From Owenia fusiformis (lineage: Eukaryota): DNA of 64,000 bases. The notes under the pieces are model-generated. The model worked only from the letters and a program-made list of their open reading frames with translations, was not told where the DNA came from and did not search any database. The DNA lies in contig CAIIXF020000001.1 of the NCBI GenBank assembly GCA_903813345.2, positions 34,224,001 through 34,288,000 on the forward strand, given 5' to 3'. A program made the translations under genes and the position numbers. Within the stretch, counting starts at the first letter, position 1. Each line of letters opens with the position of its first letter. Below, in pieces: positions 41,447 to 53,124 of the stretch.

Positions 41447-41982
41447 TCTAAAATCCATTCACATTCACCAGATTTATGCGTAGTTCAAAAATTAAAACAA
41501 GATGAGGTTGCGGAAACAGCAAGGGACATGTACACTTGTACTACATTCACTAGATTTCCATGGTGGGCCTAAACATGTTACTGATTTTAACTTGTAATAA
41601 TTCATTTATTATATTGGGATAATTGGTCTCAAACTTTCTGAGATGACTAAGAACGATGCAAGTTTTGTTCCATATCAGTGTTTTTTATGTACGTCTCTGC
41701 GTTTTTAGTTGGCTGCCAATCAAACAATCTGGACATGCTAAAAAGCAGAACATGAGATTCTGGGTTGTTAATAACACTAATATGGAACAAAACATGCATC
41801 GATTCTAAATCATCTAAGAAATCATACCAATAATGAATGATAATTGCACTTTAAAATCAGTAACATTTTTGGCCGGTCCTGGAAATCTAGTGAATATAGT
41901 AATGTCCCTGGCTGTATCCACCTCATCTTGTTTTAATTATTGAACTACGCATAAATCTGGTGAATGCGTTACGGATTTTAGA
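41447..41982. mobile_element. Palindromic MITE
   Basis: TCTAAAATCC...CACCAGATTTATGCGTAGTTCAA is mirrored by TTGAACTACGCATAAATCTGGTG...GGATTTTAGA; the arms extend far inward. Confidence 0.7.
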
Positions 41983-42597
41983 TACGTTGGGCTATAAACG
42001 TTATGCAGAACCTCTCTATAACCAGAAGCAAGACCCTGTATGAAAAATATGTGTTGGTTGTAGGTATATGTACCATTTACGTGCGTCTTGTCAGTGTGAA
42101 AACAATTGTTACGAAAAACTTAATTCACGGTCCGCTCCCCCTTCCAAAACATGACGATGATATCTATCAAACGTATATAGCAGTAAATTATACTTACCTT
42201 CCAAGTGGAGATGGCAGTTGGTGACAATGTGAATGGTTGTGCAACACAGCTGGCGCTCTTTTCGATCACAATACTCGATTACGCGAATGTTTTCTGTTGC
42301 TATCCTTGCATCATGTGGTTCATATGGGCATTCCGTAAACCTTTTTTATTTAAAACAAATCGGCGTTTGCGATCTTTTAATTTCTGCTTCTTAAAATTTA
42401 GTTTTCATGTCACATGCGACGTGTCAGTGCGTACTAATTCTTTCAATTGCATCCGTGTGAAACGCAAACTTACATGTGCATGACTAAAGTGTAAACACCA
42501 TCAGTACATAAATAGTTCAACACTGACTGATTTTGATTGGATCAGGTAATATAAAGGCGATTTATCCGCGAGCACAGAGATTATGTGCAGTCTCTAA

Positions 42598-43104
42598 TGG
42601 CCTAGTCACATAGCCCGGCCGATGAGGTTCCGATGAGCCAGCGATGCAATTTTCACCGAACTCGGCCGAACACCGGCCGAACACCGGCCGGACACCGGCC
42701 GGACATCCGTGGCGTTTGTTGCTTAAAACCGCATCGGTGGCAGCTCGGTGAAATTTTAACTTCGGAGTTAAATTTCACCGGGCTCTCACCGAGCTCCCTC
42801 ATCGCAGCCCCATCGTAACCACATCAGAACACACGTCGGCCGGTGCACGGCCGAGTATCGGTCGGTGTCCCGTGCATCTGAGACAACCAGAGGACGAGGT
42901 TTTTTTAACGGACACCGGCCGAGCTCCGACCGAGCTCCGGCCGATGTGGGACAGAGCCTTGGAAAGTATAGTACCTGAAGATGTCCGGACGGAGTCCGTT
43001 CACGTCACCGAGCTCTGCTTCCGATGAGGAGAGCTCGGTGGCACCAAAAAAATCTACCGAGCTCTACCGATGCCGGACATCGGCCGGGCTATGTGACTAG
43101 GCCA
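42598..43104. mobile_element. PIF/Harbinger MITE
   Basis: Perfect TIR TGGCCTAGTCACATAGCCCGGCCGATG. TAA TSD (42595-42597, 43105-43107). GC-rich interior with CCGGCCG/CCGAGCTC repeats. Confidence 0.9.
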
Positions 43105-45054
43105 TAAAAGTCTGTCTATCGCTCTATGCATAATGTGTTATACGAAAACAAACGATGCGTATATATAATGTGCGCAAGGTGCGGATATTAAAGCTACGTT
43201 CACACCAACGGCGCTTTGATGGCGCTTTAAAGCGGCGCCAAAGTGTAACAAAGCTTGATTAAAGCGTCGGGGTCGTAATAGGTCGTAGAAAAGCTCGGAG
43301 TGAAGCGTGATATTCGGCAAGTGCGCCAAAAAAAATTTAAACGGTTTAAAAATTGATTAAAGCGTCGTGAGAGTATCAAAGCTTAACAAACCGTAACAAA
43401 GCTCAGCAAAGCTTGACCCAAAGCGTAGGAAAGCTTAACAGAGCTTGTTTCAAAAGATTGAAACGCTTTGTTAGGCTTTGTTACGCTTGGCAAGCTTCCT
43501 CACGCTCTCTCTAGTCGATCTGGAATTTCTAGATCTTGTTGTTCTGCCATCGTGTTCTCGAGTCAAAGATGCAATGGTTTTATGGATCTACTGCATCTTT
43601 ATATATAGTCATTGGATCAAAAGCGCCATGAAATCGGTGATCTCGACATTTCCAATGCGTGACAGAGCTTAACAATGCACAACAGAGCTTGGCAATCGTA
43701 TCAGAGCCTGATTTGAAGCATCATAATCGCATCAAAGCGTAATAATGCTTATGAAAGCTTATCAAGGCGTGATTTCAAGCGTAACAAAGCCTGGTCGAAG
43801 CGGAATCAAAGCGAGAGGAACCGTAACAAGTTCTTCATATGAGATAATTTTTCATTAAAATGTAAAATATGGTACAACAAATAAGATTAAGATGTTAAAA
43901 GCACCATTTCTTCACATATATGTATGAGACCATTTTTTCATTAAAACTCTAAGATACAATAAATTGTGTATAAATGCTTCTTTAATTTCAGCTCCAGCTG
44001 TAACACTAGCAGTATGACAGTGTTCAACAAATTGGGACTAATCCAGTTTTCTCAATTACAGTCTTACATTCTAATAAATATAAACATTCAGTAAAGCTAC
44101 TAAAAAGTAGTATGTATAATCCAACAGCTCAGAGATAAAGCTGGGGAATGTCTATGCTGTGACGTGTCGCAAAAAGGTCGCGCACGCATTGTAGACATTT
44201 TCGTTTTTTAAGCAGGATATACCAGACTAAAATATTCTCATTTTCAATGTTGTTTTATCATGACGTCATATAACACTTTTGTTAATGGGTTCTCGGAATA
44301 TGATACCACTATCTATGACGTCAGTGACATATTGCCCCATCAACAAATAAACAAACAAATGAACTATACGGTATAGTTCTACGTCATAAATATCTCTGAG
44401 AAAGAAAATCAACAACTTTGTACATTACTACCAGAGAGATGAACATTCATAGAAATATACGTCATCAATTCTTCCAAATAATTCAGTAATTTTTTGTATA
44501 TTCTTGTTTCATTCCAGTTTCGTGTCCGTTTCTTTCGTTTATCCCAGCAGTATATGTGTATGTGCCCATGTACACCCTTGGTATACGCAGCTAACGAAAA
44601 TTGACCGGTACGGGTCAAGAGCTGGACCGGTACGGGTTAACGGTTTTATTTGAATTTAAAATAGCCATAACTTGCTCAATATTGACTTCCTCGTGTCTAA
44701 TTTGAAATATATGATGCCTCCTCCCAATGCTTTTAAGTACCCCAATTTTTTACAGATTTTTAAACGGACCAAAACTCTCTAAATGCGCATTTATGCTCTT
44801 TTCTCTCGAGAACGACTGTCTCATTTTCACGATAACTTTTATTTAGTACTTCTAACATATAAGATCTATTTTTCCCCATCAAGGTATGATGTAAATGACA
44901 TGCTATTTACATCTTGTGAGTTTCAATGACGCGCGTTTGATTTTATAAAAAATGCCAAACTTTGTGACAAAGAATTTCATCCTGCTTGCAGCGAGAAGAC
45001 GGACCGGTTCGGGGCAATCTGCTTGCAGCGAGTAGACGGACCGGTTCGGGGCAA

Positions 45055-45997
45055 TAGCTGATGAAATTGATTCCATTCAATGCACCATAAAGCCACGTGT
45101 CTCCTCTTTACAATGATATAACTTTCTTTGATATTTGGTTATGGTTGGGTGAGTAATCATTCCATTAGCAAAGTGGGCCAAAATTAGCTTCGGGCCAAGT
45201 TATAAACATTGCAAAAGTCAGTGTACGGACCTCGATGCAATATTGGACGAAAACATAAAACCAATGCTGACTGCATCCTTTTAATTCAATGTACCAAAAA
45301 GCCAAATTACTCCTCTTTACAATGGAATATTATTCATTCCCAGGGAGTCATCTCTGGCCGAATAATCATTAATTTTGCAAAGTGGGGCAAAATTCAGCTC
45401 GGGCCAAAGTTTAAAACATTGCAAAAGTCAGTACAAGGGGCATGGGGGGCTATTGGAAGAAGGTGTGACAGGTATGGCATAGACAGTAAAGTGTTCATAC
45501 TCATACTCTTGCAAGAATAAATCCTATACCCCTCCAAATTGCCACCACTTCCTTGCACATAAAGATGCACTCATCTGTCCACGTCATGCATGGTTCAGCC
45601 CCGAATCATGTGTGGGTTAAAGCAAAGAAAAGCAGCCCATGGGCAAATCTTTCTCGAGGTTTTGCAATATCTGGTGGAGGAATTGTGAGCACAGATGCTC
45701 CTGAGATAGCTCCAAAAGAAAAAGTCACAACAATTCAAGTCAGGGGAACTTCCATTGGGACTTAGCCCTTGCACTGATCTTTTCAATATCTAAAACTTGG
45801 CGCAGAGCCGATTTTGACCTACTTCGCAAATGGAAGGATTTCTTACCCAACCATTACCACATGTGGATGAATGACATATCATTGCAAAGAGGAGAGACAT
45901 GGCTCTATGGTACATTAAATGAAATCGATGTAGTCATCACTAGTTTTGTGGTTTTTCGAGATAACTACTTGTTGCGTTTTTTTTTGATACGCCCTAT
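45055..45997 (-). mobile_element. Tc1/mariner-family deletion derivative with transposase relic
   Basis: Minus-strand SPDLNCCDFFFWSYLR (within 45595-45786) matches the SPDLNPxDFxLWGYLK motif. Imperfect inverted arms at about 45055-45200 and 45800-45940. Confidence 0.7.
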
Positions 45998-46416
45998 ATA
46001 TTGCCTTGTACAAACATAAACCTTCACCACAGTACAGTACATCAGCAAGCATTACATAATATTGACTTAGATTTATACATGCGCATATGGATTTATCATT
46101 TTATAGCTAATACAAAGGCAATTAAAAAGTTCAACACCTTTCTAAAACCACAAACATAAACGCCTAGGGACCATCTCAAAAACAGTAATAACAATTTAAA
46201 AACACATTACATGGGTGTGTATTGCACAGGCGTACAGCATACAAGTAGTGAAGGGTGAGCCAATAATACTGGATTACCTGTGGCTATAAAGTGACTTCTA
46301 TAAAAAGATCATTGACAGTTAAAGGGAACCATAGATAAACAGGATGGGCCAAGGAAGATCAAATTCTAGAGTCAATTACTACATTTGTTGAGGAACATGA
46401 TATCAAAGCAATACAA

Positions 46417-47730
46417 TTGGCTCAGCGAAATATATTGATTACCTTTACCAATAAAGCTAAGATAGCGGCAGTGACCTTCGGTCTCCATATAAATAAAACG
46501 TTTGTATCCTTAACTGATGTTGAAAGAGATGCAATCAATGTAACACTTAGCGACATCCCTATAGAAATTCCAAACTCTGTTATACATGCCCATATATCAA
46601 AATATGCCGAAAATGTTGAGGATGTAAGTCATGGCTATATAAGAAAATCTGATGGGACAATATCTACAGTGAAGACTGGAGTGAGATATATAACCGTCAC
46701 AGGACTTAAAACGCCAATACCAAATAATCCGACGATTGCTGGACATACTGGCAGATTATCCTACAGAGGACAACCATGCAGCACAAGCTCGAGCACAGAT
46801 CATCCATATTATCGCTGCCCTAATAAAGAAGGAACGGGGTGCTTTCGATGTGGATCCAAAGAACATCGTATTAAAGATTGCATGAATGCGTGGGGAACTT
46901 CATCAAATCTACCCCAGAAAAGTATTCCCCCTAAAACACAGAGCAATGTGACCCATATAAAATTCGATGACATGACAACTGATTCGCAGAAAAGTGCAAG
47001 TACCAATGAGGAAATGAAATCTGACCAAGCAGCAATTAATGATAAAGAAAAAGAAAATGACATCACTAGTGAAGATACCAATTATGATACAATTATAGTA
47101 GGTGCTTCAATGGTTAATGCTATGTCAGGAGAGCTTAAAGATGCAGGAATAGATGTCCGAGCCAAAAGTGGAAAAAGAGTGGAGGAGATGAAAGAACTAT
47201 TATATGGTCAGCCTATTGATAGGGAAAACATAAAGAATATTGGAATCCATGCAGGTGTTAATAACATTTGTTATTACAATGACAGTCCGGAAGACACTGC
47301 AGTAAAATATGACAATTTGGTGAAAGACATTAACCAAGATATGCCTAATGCTAAGATTTATGTGTATAGCATATCTCCGATCCATCCCTACAAACAAGAA
47401 GGATTGAACAGCAAGGTCAGAAAAATGAACAAACGTTTGAAGTGTATGTGCGACAGACCGGAATATGCAACCTTTATAGACACTTTTGATCTGTTATTGT
47501 GCAAAAGTGGACTCACTGCTCAAAGTGACTATACCATGTCTGACCCTAAAGGGATACATCTATCGAACAAAGGATATAGAAAATTGGCCCACTACTTAAG
47601 ATCAAAGATGGAAACTACAAACATAACAAAGACTCCAGTATCTAAAAGAAAGGATCGAGGCTCTTCAGAAAATACACCCAATTCCTCTGAGAAGAATCCA
47701 AAGTCAGGAAAATCCACAGTCAGAGAGTAG
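46417..47730 (+). CDS. LINE ORF1p: RRM-like region, CCHC zinc knuckles and SGNH/GDSL esterase-like domain
   Basis: 437-aa open frame with CFRCGSKEHRIKDC and a degenerate CSTSSSTDHPYYRC. SGNH-like blocks IVGASMV, KSG, HAGVNN and DPKGIHLSNKGY. The true start is probably upstream, behind a stop codon. Confidence 0.85.
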   Translation: MAQRNILITFTNKAKIAAVTFGLHINKTFVSLTDVERDAINVTLSDIPIEIPNSVIHAHISKYAENVEDVSHGYIRKSDGTISTVKTGVRYITVTGLKTPIPNNPTIAGHTGRLSYRGQPCSTSSSTDHPYYRCPNKEGTGCFRCGSKEHRIKDCMNAWGTSSNLPQKSIPPKTQSNVTHIKFDDMTTDSQKSASTNEEMKSDQAAINDKEKENDITSEDTNYDTIIVGASMVNAMSGELKDAGIDVRAKSGKRVEEMKELLYGQPIDRENIKNIGIHAGVNNICYYNDSPEDTAVKYDNLVKDINQDMPNAKIYVYSISPIHPYKQEGLNSKVRKMNKRLKCMCDRPEYATFIDTFDLLLCKSGLTAQSDYTMSDPKGIHLSNKGYRKLAHYLRSKMETTNITKTPVSKRKDRGSSENTPNSSEKNPKSGKSTVRE

Positions 47731-50561
47731 AATTACATCCATAAATATACATTGTATCATAATACATATAGTGATATAAAATAGACTTGTACATATGTAA
47801 ATAGGACAACATGCAGTGAAATATAAATTACAATTGGTTAGATATAGATGTATATGTATATATATATGATCTCATGCAATGTATGTTTTAAATATTTGAA
47901 TATGAAAGGGAATATAAGAGTATATATATAAAGTAATTAAGCAACATGGTTATAAAGAGTGTATATAAGTTTTATCACTTTAAATGAATCATTATGTTAG
48001 TATCTTACAGATGCCTTACTCTGAATGTCAGAGGATTAAACAATTTTAAAGAGAGAGAAAAATATTAAATATGGCTATTAAATCAGAAACCAGATATAAT
48101 CTTTCTTCAAGAAACATTTTGTGTTCTAAAAAATGAAAACAAAATCAGAAATTGCTTTCATGAATTTGACTTTATTAATGAATTAACAGATTCTCAACAC
48201 TCTAGAGGCGTTTCCATATTAATATCCAAAAGACTCTCGTGTAAAATTTTAAATATTGTAAGCGGTAATAATGGACGACGATTGCTCACAAATGTTGATA
48301 TAAATGGTACAATATTTTCTTTAATATCAATCTATGCACCAAATGAAAGCAACTGTAGAAAATTATTCTTAGAGAACCTTAATAGTTGGATTCAAAGTAA
48401 TAAGCATATAGAAGGTAATATTATAATAAGTGGTGACTTCAACTGTGCTTTAAGAGATTCTGACAGATTTCCAACAACAGAAAAATATCATCAAAATGAT
48501 AAAAGTAGACAGAGTCTAAAACATTTTATTGAAAACTGCACTTTAATTGACACGTGGGAAAATTATAATAAATCAAACAAAAATATAGACTTTACGTATA
48601 ATACCAAAAACCTAAAAAGTAAAAGTAGACTTGATTACATTTTTATCTCAAAAAACAACAGACTTGAAATAAAAAAAAGCTATATACTCCAAGCATTAAA
48701 AAAAGATCATAAAGCAGTTATAACAGATATAAGATTATTAGGAAATAAGAGAGGGAAAGGATACTGGAAACTTAACAACTCATTATTAGAAGAAGAGTTT
48801 TGTAACAATATATCAAAATACCTCAAAGAAATAAATCAAGATCAAATCGATTGCTTAGAAAATTTCATAAATCAGTGTAAACGAGAAAATGTTAAAACAG
48901 AACTAAATATCAAAAGGAATGAAATGATAAATAAGTTAGACAAATTGTATGAATATGAATCAAGTGGAATGTTTATTAGATCAAGGGCTAAATGGATTGA
49001 AAAGGGGGAAAAAAGTACATCTTATTTTTTACAATTAGAAAAACAAAGACAAACCAGTAATGTTATAACTAAAATAAAAACGCCATCCAAGGTCGTCACA
49101 GAAGATGTTGAAATTTTAAAAGAAGCCTGTAAATTTTATGAAAACCTTTATAGAAATAATAATTCGGATGAAGAAGTGATGAACAACTATCTAAAAGAAG
49201 TAGAACTTAATTACACCTTAACTGCTAGTGAAAGAAATAGTTTAGAAATATATAACAAAATCTGAAGTAAACTCATCAGTGAAAAATCTAAAATTGAATA
49301 AAAGTCCTGGTTTAGATGGGATAACTCCTGAATTTTACAAATATTTTTGGTCAGATATGGAAAGTATATTTTTGGAAATGATTAATGAAGTTTTTCAAGA
49401 AGGTGAATTATGTGAAACCATGAAAATTGCGATCTTGAACTTAATTTTCAAAAATGGAGATCGACAACTCCTTGCTAATTACTGTCCCATAAGTCTTACT
49501 AATTATGATTACAAAATTATAGCTTTTACATTAACAAATAGAATAAAAAGCCTAGTGAAAAAACTTGTTGGAAAAAATCAATCTGCATACCTTGAAAAAC
49601 GCTTTATTGGAACAAATGCCAGATTATAAATAGATTATTTAGAACTTATAAACAATGAGAATAGAAATGGATTGATAATTAGCCTAGATTTTAAAAAAGC
49701 CTTTGATAGTCTTAATTTGAATTTTATGTTCAAAGTCCTTCAGAAAATGAATTTTGGCAAAAGGTTTATTAAGTGGGTGACAATTTTATATACAAATCCA
49801 ATTCTCAAAATAGAAAATAATGTTTTTTTGTCAAATGAAGTTAAGATAGAACGAGGTATACACCAGGGATGCCCGATCTCTGCATTATTATTTATTTTAT
49901 GTGTTGAAATCATGAATAATAAAATAGAAAATAATAAATTAATCAAAGGTATTAGTATTGATGGCAAAAAAGAAACAAAGGTGATTCAACATGCAGATGA
50001 CACAACATTAATTTTAGAAAACAAAGAATCAATCTCACATGCATTAACACAAATAAAAACATTTTCTGAAGTGGTCTATGTCTCAATCTAGAAAAAACAA
50101 TTGGCATAGCACTAGGTAATTTCAAAAAGCAAAACGATGAATACTTTGAAAATATTAAATTCACAAATGAACCAATTAAAACCTTAGGTATTTATATTAG
50201 CAATAACAAAGAAAAATGTGCAGAGCTAAATTGGAACCCCAAAATCTTAGAATTTGAAAAACTGTTCGAATCTTGGAAAAAAAGAAAACTTTCTCTATTT
50301 GGTAAAGTACAGATTATCATTATATTAGGAATCTCAAAACTAGTATACAACTTTTCTATCCTTGATGTCCCCGAAAGAATTGTCAAAAAAGTAAACTCAA
50401 TCATTTATAATTTTATTTGGAAGAAAGATAGAATCAAAAGAAAAACTACAATATTAAAAATTAAAAATGGTGGTTTGGGCTTAATAGACGTTGAAACAAA
50501 GATAATGTCATTAAAAGCAAGTTGGGTGAAAAGAATACAAGATGATGGCACATCATGGATT

Positions 50562-52793
50562 CACGCCTAACCATCGACAAGGTACAGTCACGTGACCGTG
50601 ACAAAATATGCCGTAGTACACTTTTGATGTACAATGTCACTATTAACTGATTTTAAGCAAAGACTATGATGTAGGTTTGATGCAGGTTTTTAAAAATAAA
50701 TTTGAGGAATACAAAAAGGATTTCCTGTTTGATTTCGCATGTATTCGATTTCAAAGACATTTATTTTTCTAATTACGTTAAAAGATCTTCGAGCAGTGCT
50801 TGATTTTTTTCGTTGTACGTCTACCCATACAATTGTTCGGTTGGAAAAATGTTGTTTTTTACACATTTCCTTTGATAATTTTCTCCCCTGACGTCTCGGA
50901 GTGTCGAATATTTTAATGAGAATGTGTTTCTCTAAACTGCACAATTTAAGACGGGTTAAGATTTAATAAATATTCATGCATTTGATATAATCTAAAAAAT
51001 CAGAAATGTACATTGTCAACTCACAGTGTATGTTGTCCCTGTAATTGAAATTCATGTGTGATAATATTAAACATTGCAATGATTTAATTTCAAAATGCAT
51101 TAAGGGTTTTATGCGTAACAAGTGATGTTCAACGAACATGCTCCTGTATCCCTAGTACAGAAAAACAGGTAAACGTGATTTTTTCGTTGAATGCTATTTT
51201 ATTTTATGAAAGTGTTAATATGGTAATTAATATGTGACCATGGCGTGATATCTTCCGACCTTTTTGGCCACTCGGCGTCGGTACGTTACGTTATGTTTAG
51301 TTGCACTTTTATGAATTTTAATAATCTCAAGGAGTTCATGGAGAGATCTTTACTAGCAAGATGACTTTCAAAATTTATGCTATAGGGTGTCCCGAAAGTA
51401 TGGGCCCCCTAGGCAGACATATACCAATGTCTCCATAGTATGTGTCATATATCATTTTAAAGCTCATCCAAAGTTATATTAATTTGCCGAGTATCATGGT
51501 TCAACTCACAAATGAAAAAAGGTACAGGAATACAAAAGTTAGTGTTTGGGCAAAATTAAAGTCAGTTTTACACCAAAACAAAAGTTGGTGTGTCTCCTTA
51601 GCCGCCATGTTAACAGCAGCAATACTTTCCATATATGACCTTAAACAGGCTTCAAATAGGGATATGGCGTTTTGTAATCCTCATGAAACCTTTTTAAGGC
51701 ATAGGAAGAGTTTCCTTGGAGTATCTACCCTAAACGTCATCTTTTTAGAACTCAATAGTCATCCTATCTTCGAGAATGGCATCCATATTTTCTGTCACAG
51801 GGTCAGGGCTGTTTCCAGGATACTGAAATGAACTATCTTTTTGACAAAACGCTAATTTTTGAAATGCCTGTTACTTTTTACCATTTGAACCATCATATTT
51901 GGCAAATCAATGTAACTTTGGATAAGCTTAAAAATGATATATGACACATACTATGGAGACATTGGTATATGTCTGCCTAGGGAGGGGGGCATACTTTGGG
52001 ACACTGTATATCTGGAAAGTGCAGAAGTTCAAAAGCCAGGTATGGAACACAAAAAAAAGAATTAGTAACATTGACATTTAATCATAACAATGACAATTTT
52101 ATGGATTAACGGAAAAAATATTAGGGTAAATATATCTGATATGCCTATTAAATATTATTACTTTATTATCAAATATGTTCCTCCTATTACACGTACATTA
52201 TAGCATTTCATTCACTGTAAATTGAGATCTGTAAGGCCAATGTGACAACATACATTCGAGTTGACAACATACATTATCTATTTTTCGTAGTAGCATCCAA
52301 AGTAAAAAGCGGTTTTGCATTAACTCTGAATGTATACTTATCTTAAGTTGTGTTAGTCGTAGTTTGGCTAATATTTGCATAGCAAAACAAAAATTAGAGA
52401 GAATTTTGAGAAATTCAGTCAAGATTTAGAGATCCCTGACGTGCTGGGTAGATCTATAACAAGATATTGAAGTTGCTGAGGATCATTTAAAGTAGATATG
52501 CATATTTGCAACTTAATTACAAATCGAATGCAACAACTACATGTACCTGATGATGAATAGACACAATATTGATCAAATCAATGCTAGTTCTTTCCTCGCT
52601 TCCTCATTCTAGAAAATGGCGATCTAAAATGGCGGAAATGACATAGTACACCAAAAGTGTACTACGGTATATTTTGATCGTTTCTAGTTTTACATTTATT
52701 AAAAGCTAATAAAAATGACATAGTACACCAAAAGTGTACTACGGTATATTTTGTCAATGTCACGTGACTGTACCTTGTCGATGGTCAGGCGTG
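50562..52793. mobile_element. CAC-ended DNA transposon with 5-bp TSD inserted in LINE ORF2 (Transib-like signature)
   Basis: ~80-bp TIRs starting CACGCCT(A/G)ACCATCGACAAGGTACAGTCACGTGAC. GGATT at 50557-50561 and 52794-52798. Removing the element restores the ORF2 reading. Confidence 0.9.
51383..52006 (-). mobile_element. Tc1-like deletion derivative nested in the CAC element
   Basis: TA-flanked, with ~100-bp TIRs containing CCTAGGCAGACATATACCAATGTCTCCATAG. Minus-strand relic YPGNSPDPVTENM resembles WPxNSPDLNPIENxW. Confidence 0.75.
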
Positions 52794-53124
52794 GGATTGA
52801 TATTCCAAAATATTATATCAAACAGTGTGGTTTTAAAATTGATGATTTATAAAAACACATTTTACCAAAGAGACAAAACTGCCTATGCCATTGTTTTATA
52901 GAGAATTTTTATTAGCTTTTAATAAATGTAAAACTAGAAACGATCAAAATCTAATAGGAGAAATATTTTGGCTAAATGAATCTTTTAAAATTAAAAATGA
53001 AGTTGTACACAACATAAAATGGATAAATAGTGGATTTATATATGTTAAAGATTTCTATGATGAAAATGGAACCTTCTATAATGAAAACTATATAAAAAAC
53101 AAACTTGTTAACAAAAGAAATTTT

